Source: Tubiluchus corallicola
Taxonomy: Eukaryota; Animalia; Priapulida
Assembly: GCA_030141605.1 (NCBI GenBank)
Contig: JAQGDQ010000375.1
Location: 163,773 to 227,772, forward strand
Direction of reading: 5' to 3'
Length of the DNA: 64,000 nt
Part shown: in pieces, positions 57,801-64,000 of the stretch
Layout: every line of letters begins with the position of its first letter
Position numbering within the stretch: the stretch's first letter is position 1
The notes under the pieces: generated by a model
The model's database searches: none
Told to the model about the DNA's origin: nothing
Seen by the model: only the letters and a program-made list of their open reading frames with translations
Program-made: the position numbers and the translations under genes

Positions 57801-58394
57801 TTTAAGAAGTAATCTTCTAAGTGGGTTATCTTGCTAATTGCTGATTTTAAAACTGGTCGTTGTTTATTTTATATTTAAGGGATTACAACGTTTCCATTTA
57901 AGAACCGTGGAAAACTATGCGATTTAAATTTCATATTGAACAACAAAACTGCAGAAAGTTAATTTCATCATAATCACAACCCAGGCAACTGTCCATTTGG
58001 TCGATTCGTTACAATGATTCACTGAGGGTCTAATACATTTCCCATACTAAACAAACTTTCTGGTTTCCCTTATTATTTTCAGGTGATATTCATAACTGGT
58101 GTGTTTTGTCGAAAGAGCTACTCCAATTATGGTCATTCTAATCATAACGGGGGAGATGGGCCACTGGATCGATATCACCCAAGACAGTTTTCTCCTTACA
58201 ACAACAACCCAGACAAGTTTGGATATCCAAACCGAGGTAGGACTATTGAATTTATATGTATGATTTCACCACTTTTTGACACGACTGAAGAACATAGGCA
58301 GTTTAATGTGCTTGATAGATATCATCCTCAAGATGGATCACTATTCTCAGCCAATCCAAGTTTCCCCAGTTCTCAAAAGGATCTAATGTTCCAT

Positions 58395-58680
58395 TTGCGT
58401 GAGTATTAATAGCATAGTTATTGCCTGAGTATTGTAAGCATCGTTACTATGTGAGTATGATAAGCATAGTTACTGCGTGAGTATCAAAGCACAGTTATTG
58501 CATGAGTATCAAAAGCATAGTTACTATGTGAGTATTAAAGCATAGATACTGCGTGAATATGAAAGCATGGTTACTGCGTGAGTACAAAAAGCATAGTTAC
58601 TGCGTGAATATCAAAGCATATTTACTGTGTGAATATGAAAAGCATAGTTACTGCGTAAATATTAAAAGTATAGTTATTGA
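58395..58680. repeat. Minisatellite, ~27-29 bp unit, about 10 copies
   Basis: Consensus about aaagcatagttactgcgtgagtatca. Confidence 0.95.
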
Positions 58681-58849
58681 TAATTATTAGCGAATTATTT
58701 TGTTACCTCATTACGATCAAAACTGGTTGCTCGCTACTGCAAAATTATTACATAAAAGCTCAGGAAAGAAAATAGCAGTAAATGACTAGTATTTCAAAAT
58801 GGTACTGGATAAGGTTATATTTCTTTATCTGGCCTCTTGTCGTAAAAAA

Positions 58850-59200
58850 ACATGCTGCAAATCTCAAACAGTTCGACAGAACTAGCAGCTTTTGTCGTCG
58901 TGGCTATTTTTATTAAGATCCATCATTATAACTTGTTTACAAAATACCGATTAAGTATGATAATATTTAGTTGCATATTTAACCAGCTTTCAAAAAGTGT
59001 ACGCGAGAGAACACAGTTATTTTCAAAAGCAAAAAATAAATTACTATTGTCTTTTTCGACACGCTCTGCAAGCCAGTGTATCTAGCATAATCTTCTAAGA
59101 TGAGAACCCGCCAGAAATGTTTTAGTCGATGATAATTCTCCCTGGATGATAAATTCCTCCAATTTTCCCGGTAGTCACTATCCATTCGCTAGCCAGGCCA
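58850..59200 (-). mobile_element. Possible decayed LINE ORF2 C-terminus
   Basis: RLKHFWRVLILEDYARYTGLQSVSKK loosely resembles the post-RT motif YxxALxxxGLxTLxxRR. Confidence 0.25.
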
Positions 59201-59511
59201 ATTTTCGAAATTCTCCAAAATAGCTTCTGCAAGAGCAACCACCCTTGTAAACTGATGTCTTATTCACTTTTTTCAAACCATCAGGACTGAAGCATATAAA
59301 GTTCGATCAGTCTGGCTATACAGGCAGTTCAACTAAATACGGAGAACTATTGGAATTAAAACAGTCCAGCTATACTCCGTACAGCTCTACAGTTCTCTCC
59401 CTACATAAATGTCCACAGTTTTATCAATTCGCTCTGAAGTGAAAAAGAAATTTATTGAACTACGATTTTGCAATAGTCACTAAACAAGAAGTAATGCTGT
59501 ATACTGGATAG

Positions 59512-60527
59512 TTTATTTTGGAACCGTAGAACTTGATCAATTCGAAAAAAACTTCGTTGATTCATTGGATTTTTGAAAACACCAAAAAGACAACTGTGTA
59601 CGAAAACAGACAAAAAGACAGAATAAATGAATCCAAATGACGATGATACAATTGATACATTATCTGACTGGTTGTCACATTGTGCTTTGTTTGGTTTCCT
59701 ACCACTAGAGGCGCATCTGCCCAAGAGGAGTTCCAGGCGGCAGAATCAGTGGCCACTAGCCATGCTGTTTTGGACAGCACGAAATTTTTGAGAGAGATAT
59801 ATACTAACATAAATAGTTTCTACAGGTATAATAATATTGTTGCAGAGGCGGCCAAGAGGTCCAGGGTTCAAATCTGAATCAACCAAACCATGTTTATTTA
59901 TGGTTCCTCATACTTTCATTTCATACGATTCGTGTTTTTTGTTGTTTAAATCTCGTCTAATAAGCTATTTTTACTTTCTTATTTACTTACTTTTAGTATT
60001 TCTGATTTTGGTAACAACAGCAGGTGTTAATGAAATAAAGGCAGACAGCTCGCACCGCACCCTATTCTAAAGGCACTGGGTTCCCCATGTACTGCTAACA
60101 ATGATTCACGTGGCAAGGGTACCTGTGGCGTCATTGTTTCTCCAAGTTTCGAATAGCTTTTCCCAACTGGCCCGTGTTTCTAATTAGCAGTTAAGTTGCC
60201 ACTTCCTATTCTTAATTACCAGATAGCCGACAGCATGCTGCATTGTATGTAAATCCGTGCAGGCATTTGGTAAATTAATTACCAAATATATAATTATACT
60301 TATTTAAAGTTGGTCATAATTTGACAGGTTATATGAAGTGTTCTATAGACAAACAAAGACGTTTTGTCTTTAGTTTAAATTATTGTATTTAATTTGTATT
60401 AATTTGTTGTTAGCGTAGTAAATGTTTTATTCCTTCATATATGTATGTATTTATATTTTTGTAAACACTGTACGTATTACGTGAATAGTAATTACTCAAT
60501 AAATATTTAATATTAAACAAATAACAT
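59512..60527 (+). repeat. Left arm of long inverted repeat (outer end cannot be determined)
   Basis: Reverse complement of 63004-64000; identical mirrored ORFs (59680..59877+ / 63635..63832-; 59837..60070+ / 63442..63675-). Confidence 0.97.
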
Positions 60528-63003
60528 GAAAGCGATTATGGGAGGCTCCGGCAGAAATATACAGCTGCTATAATACACAACTGTACCTTAATTAGAGAGT
60601 TTGTAGACTATCCGTTAATTTGATCTATATAAGTTTAAAAGAAAATTGCCACTAAAATAGAAAGAATCACATCAGAAAAGAGCGTGAACAACTTTGCAGA
60701 ACTTTCGCACTACAGACAGACTTTTACACGCCTTCCTCACACTTATTACCACAATTATAGGGTGTACCCACACTTCGGTAAACCTGCCACAAACATGTCT
60801 GAAATGCAAGAAAACGCCAAACAGCAAGGCGCTAAATAACGACCCGTGCTCTTGTAATACCCGGGTCAGTTTAAATAATGAGCGACTGCATATTTATATC
60901 ATGTCAAGCGTTAATAATTGAACCAAATTAGGCCTGCTTTGCCCATAATGAAACACATGCTAATACAGTCTTTTCTAGATAACGAAAAATTTCGCTTGGC
61001 AGGAGTGTAGAAGAGCCATGCAACCTGCGAATTTCTGGTTAAATAATAATAACAGAGCCCGTCCCTAAGTGTCTTGTCACAGTTTAATTACTGTCATTAT
61101 ATTGCTCTTACTTTTCTTGGTTCAAGAAGGGAATAATTAACACTGTGTAAACGTTTAAAATAGGTGGCGCAGTTAATAAGCTGACTCACATCAGGGTGGC
61201 GAACTTGTTAGCTTTCATTTGGTAAACCTGTTTACAGATACAAAACCGAAGATTTTTTAAACACTTTGGAGCATTGTAATCAGGGTCCTGCATCCAACGA
61301 CAGCGCCTACTTATTAATCCTAGTAGGATCTTCAAGATGAGACACTGAACCAATAGGCGTGTCTGAGTAACCTTTACTCCTTCTGGAAGCTAATTAGGTA
61401 GAAAGAAAATGCAATAGTCCGTCCATTTACTGACATCGGTCGCTAAGACCGTATCGTGAAGGTATTTTTTCGCCCTTAACGCCCAATGGTACTTAAGAAA
61501 AATGTAAATGGCAACTAATACAGGTCAGTGTAATCATACGATGGATTGGAAATGTAAGTCGCTACAGCTGTCAGATTTTTACTAAAATATTGGCTTAGTG
61601 GCCACAGAATGGATCTTGCAACATTTTACAGGAACGCAAAACATTTGTTTACACAAAAGCACTTGTTCAAAGGAATCAGTAAGTTTACGTTGTTTTGCTC
61701 AGTCATTTTTATTCGTGTCTTTATTTCAGTACGAAAATACCAATAATAGAATATTAATTACAGTATAAAAAATAATATATCAATAATGCAAACAAAACGA
61801 CGACTATTGTTGATGACACCATTGTCTTTATTGTTTATATTTTGACACGGTGTTACAACATTATCAGAAGACTTTCACAACATCTTCAAGCACTGTGGAA
61901 AACTCATTAATTAATATTTGTCTACTATTACTAAATATTATTCTGTTAGCACATTTAAAGTTCTTACTTTTGACACCAGGTAGCTCTGGCGTCAACACAT
62001 AACATGTCTCAGTTCGTTTTGGGAAGTCTGAGCAGGAATTATTTTAACTTCTTGTTTAAATAACAAATCTCTCTACGTGCCAATAAAATATTGATGTACT
62101 ATATATTTTAAGTACTGTACTGTACCTTTATTAAAAAGCTATCTTAGTCAAGGTTTTCTTTTTCGCATGCAACAAGAATCAATAAATGTATGGTTAATAA
62201 ATTATTGTTTTTCTTTCAAATTTTGTTAAGTATATTACCCCACTAGCAATGCCAAGCAATCGTTCAGTGATCTTTGTACGCAATCTATTGCTGACATAGA
62301 TGAACAGATAGTCCACATTAATACAGCATTTGATGCTTCACAGCTGCATATTACAATAATTGTTGCTCCCTTTAGGTTGTAATCATTTTTGATTGACGCG
62401 TTAGTATGACATTAAGTATGCCACTAAGGAGTATTGTTACATGTCATTGGATATTCATGTAGTTTGGATGTATATACGTGCAGCAACGATACACTCGCTG
62501 TTATGCCACCACTTTTTACAAATGATACAGTACGTGCTTGTCTGCGAAGTCAAGCAACCCTGAGCCTGGCTGTAAAATTGACGAGTATCTTCCGGGTTGT
62601 TTTATCTCCCATACTGCTCCAGATATTTATCTCTTTGAAAGAGAATTTACACATGTATATGCATTCAAAGTTGACTGCCGGTCTTGCTGGTTCGGAATGA
62701 GACAGATTCGGTCCCGCCAAAATGCAGCCATCATTATCGTAAGTGTTGCTCCGGGTTACCGAACTAACGTGAAAAGTTTGGACAGAAAATGTAAAATTAC
62801 TGCTGTGGTGGATGTTATTATTGGGAAAATCATGTATCACGTAACAGTTAATCATTCATTGCATGCAAATCAAAGTCGAATTATAAACAAAATCACCAAA
62901 TATAAAATTTCGATGAACAGGTCTAATTGTTTATCGTATACAGAAATGTTTTGTTTTGATTAGGATGTTTAAAATATATGCATAAAATAGCCTACATAGA
63001 TTT

Positions 63004-64000
63004 ATGTTATTTGTTTAATATTATATATTTATTGAGTAATTACTATTCACGTAATACGTACAGTGTTTACAAAAATATAAATACATACATATATGAAGGA
63101 ATAAAACATTTACTACGCTAACAACAAATTAATACAAATTAAATACAATAATTTAAACTAAAGACAAAGTTTTGTTTGTTTGTTTTCTGTAAAATTTTGA
63201 AACTTTAAATAAGTATAATTATATATTTGGTAATTAATTTACCAAATGCCTGCACGGATTTACATACAATGCAGCATGCTGTCGGCTATCTGGTAATTAA
63301 GAATAGGAAGTGGCAACTTAACTGCTAATTAGAAACACGGGCCAGTTGGGAAAAGCTATTCGAAACTTGGAGAAACAATGACGCCACAGGTACCCTTGCC
63401 ACGTGAATCATTGTTAGCAGTACATGGGGAACCCAGTGCCTTTAGAATAGGGTGCGGTGCGAGCTGTCTGCCTTTATTTCATTAACACCTGCTGTTGTTA
63501 CCAAAATCAGAAATACTAAAAGTAAGTAAATAAGAAAGTAAAAATAGCTTATTAGACGAGATTTAAACAACAAAAAACACGAATCGTATGAAATGAAAGT
63601 ATGAGGAACCATAAATAAACATGGTTTGGTTGATTCAGATTTGAACCCTGGACCTCTTGGCCGCCTCTGCAACAATATTATTATACCTGTAGAAACTATT
63701 TATGTTAGTATATATCTCTCTCAAAAATTTCGTGCTGTCCAAAACAGCATGGCTAGTGGCCACTGATTCTGCCGCCTGGAACTCCTCTTGGGCAGATGCG
63801 CCTCTAGTGGTAGGAAACCAAACAAAGCACAATGTGACAACCAGTCAGATAATGTATCAATTGTATCATCGTCATTTGGATTCATTTGTTCTGTCTTTTT
63901 GTCTGTTTTCGTACACAGTTGTCTTTTTGGTGTTTTCAAAAATCCAATGAATCAACGAAGTTTTTTTCGAATTGATCAAGTTCTACGGTTCCAAAATAAA
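63004..64000 (-). repeat. Right arm of long inverted repeat (runs off the window)
   Basis: Near-identical to 59512-60527 except rare substitutions and one diverged patch at about 63170-63202. Confidence 0.97.

Larger units (their letters stand above)
56228..58409 (+). pseudogene. Probable disrupted small secreted-protein gene (exon ending 56308 plus exon from 58083)
   Basis: TATA-like tatataaaa at ~56207; CAG|GTAAGA donor; strong pyrimidine tract with ttttcag at 58082. The phase-0 join gives signal-like TIGIRLLFFAQ|VIFITGVFC, then an N/G/Y/P-rich peptide with LDRYHP twice. No uninterrupted in-frame ATG. Confidence 0.4.

Noticed and set aside
58395-58680. CRISPR-like appearance of ~28-bp repeats
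   Set aside because: Units abut with no unique spacers, there are no cas genes, and the context is eukaryotic.
62434-62963. ORFs in the inverted-repeat spacer as a transposase or GPCR relic
   Set aside because: No DDE or convincing 7TM motifs; overlapping short ORFs on both strands cannot be assigned by eye.

Overview
AT-rich eukaryotic (invertebrate animal-like) genomic DNA with spliceosomal introns, microsatellites and decayed retrotransposons; no prokaryotic features. (1) About 618-25644 (+): a multi-exon gene resembling Dlish/Vamana (N-terminal MSFLC + basic patch, two SH3 domains about 690 aa apart). One of its introns holds an antisense secreted-peptide precursor gene with a nonsense codon. 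(2) 26795-32316 (-): two tandem two-exon paralogs encoding TM-NIT-TM proteins, i.e. the sensor half of NIT guanylyl cyclases with no cyclase. (3) About 32.7-38.6 kb (+): a near full-length decayed CR1/L2-group LINE with an esterase ORF1, a 2A-like motif and a (TAC)n tail. (4) 41386-48990 (-): three tandem tail-anchored MSP-domain (VAP/MOSPD2-like) genes, one with two MSP domains and an ~800-aa Glu/Gln/Thr repeat stalk. (5) 56-58.7 kb: a probable disrupted secreted-protein gene plus a minisatellite. (6) 59.5-64 kb: a near-perfect inverted repeat of at least 1 kb. Family calls come from motif recognition by eye, not from database searches.
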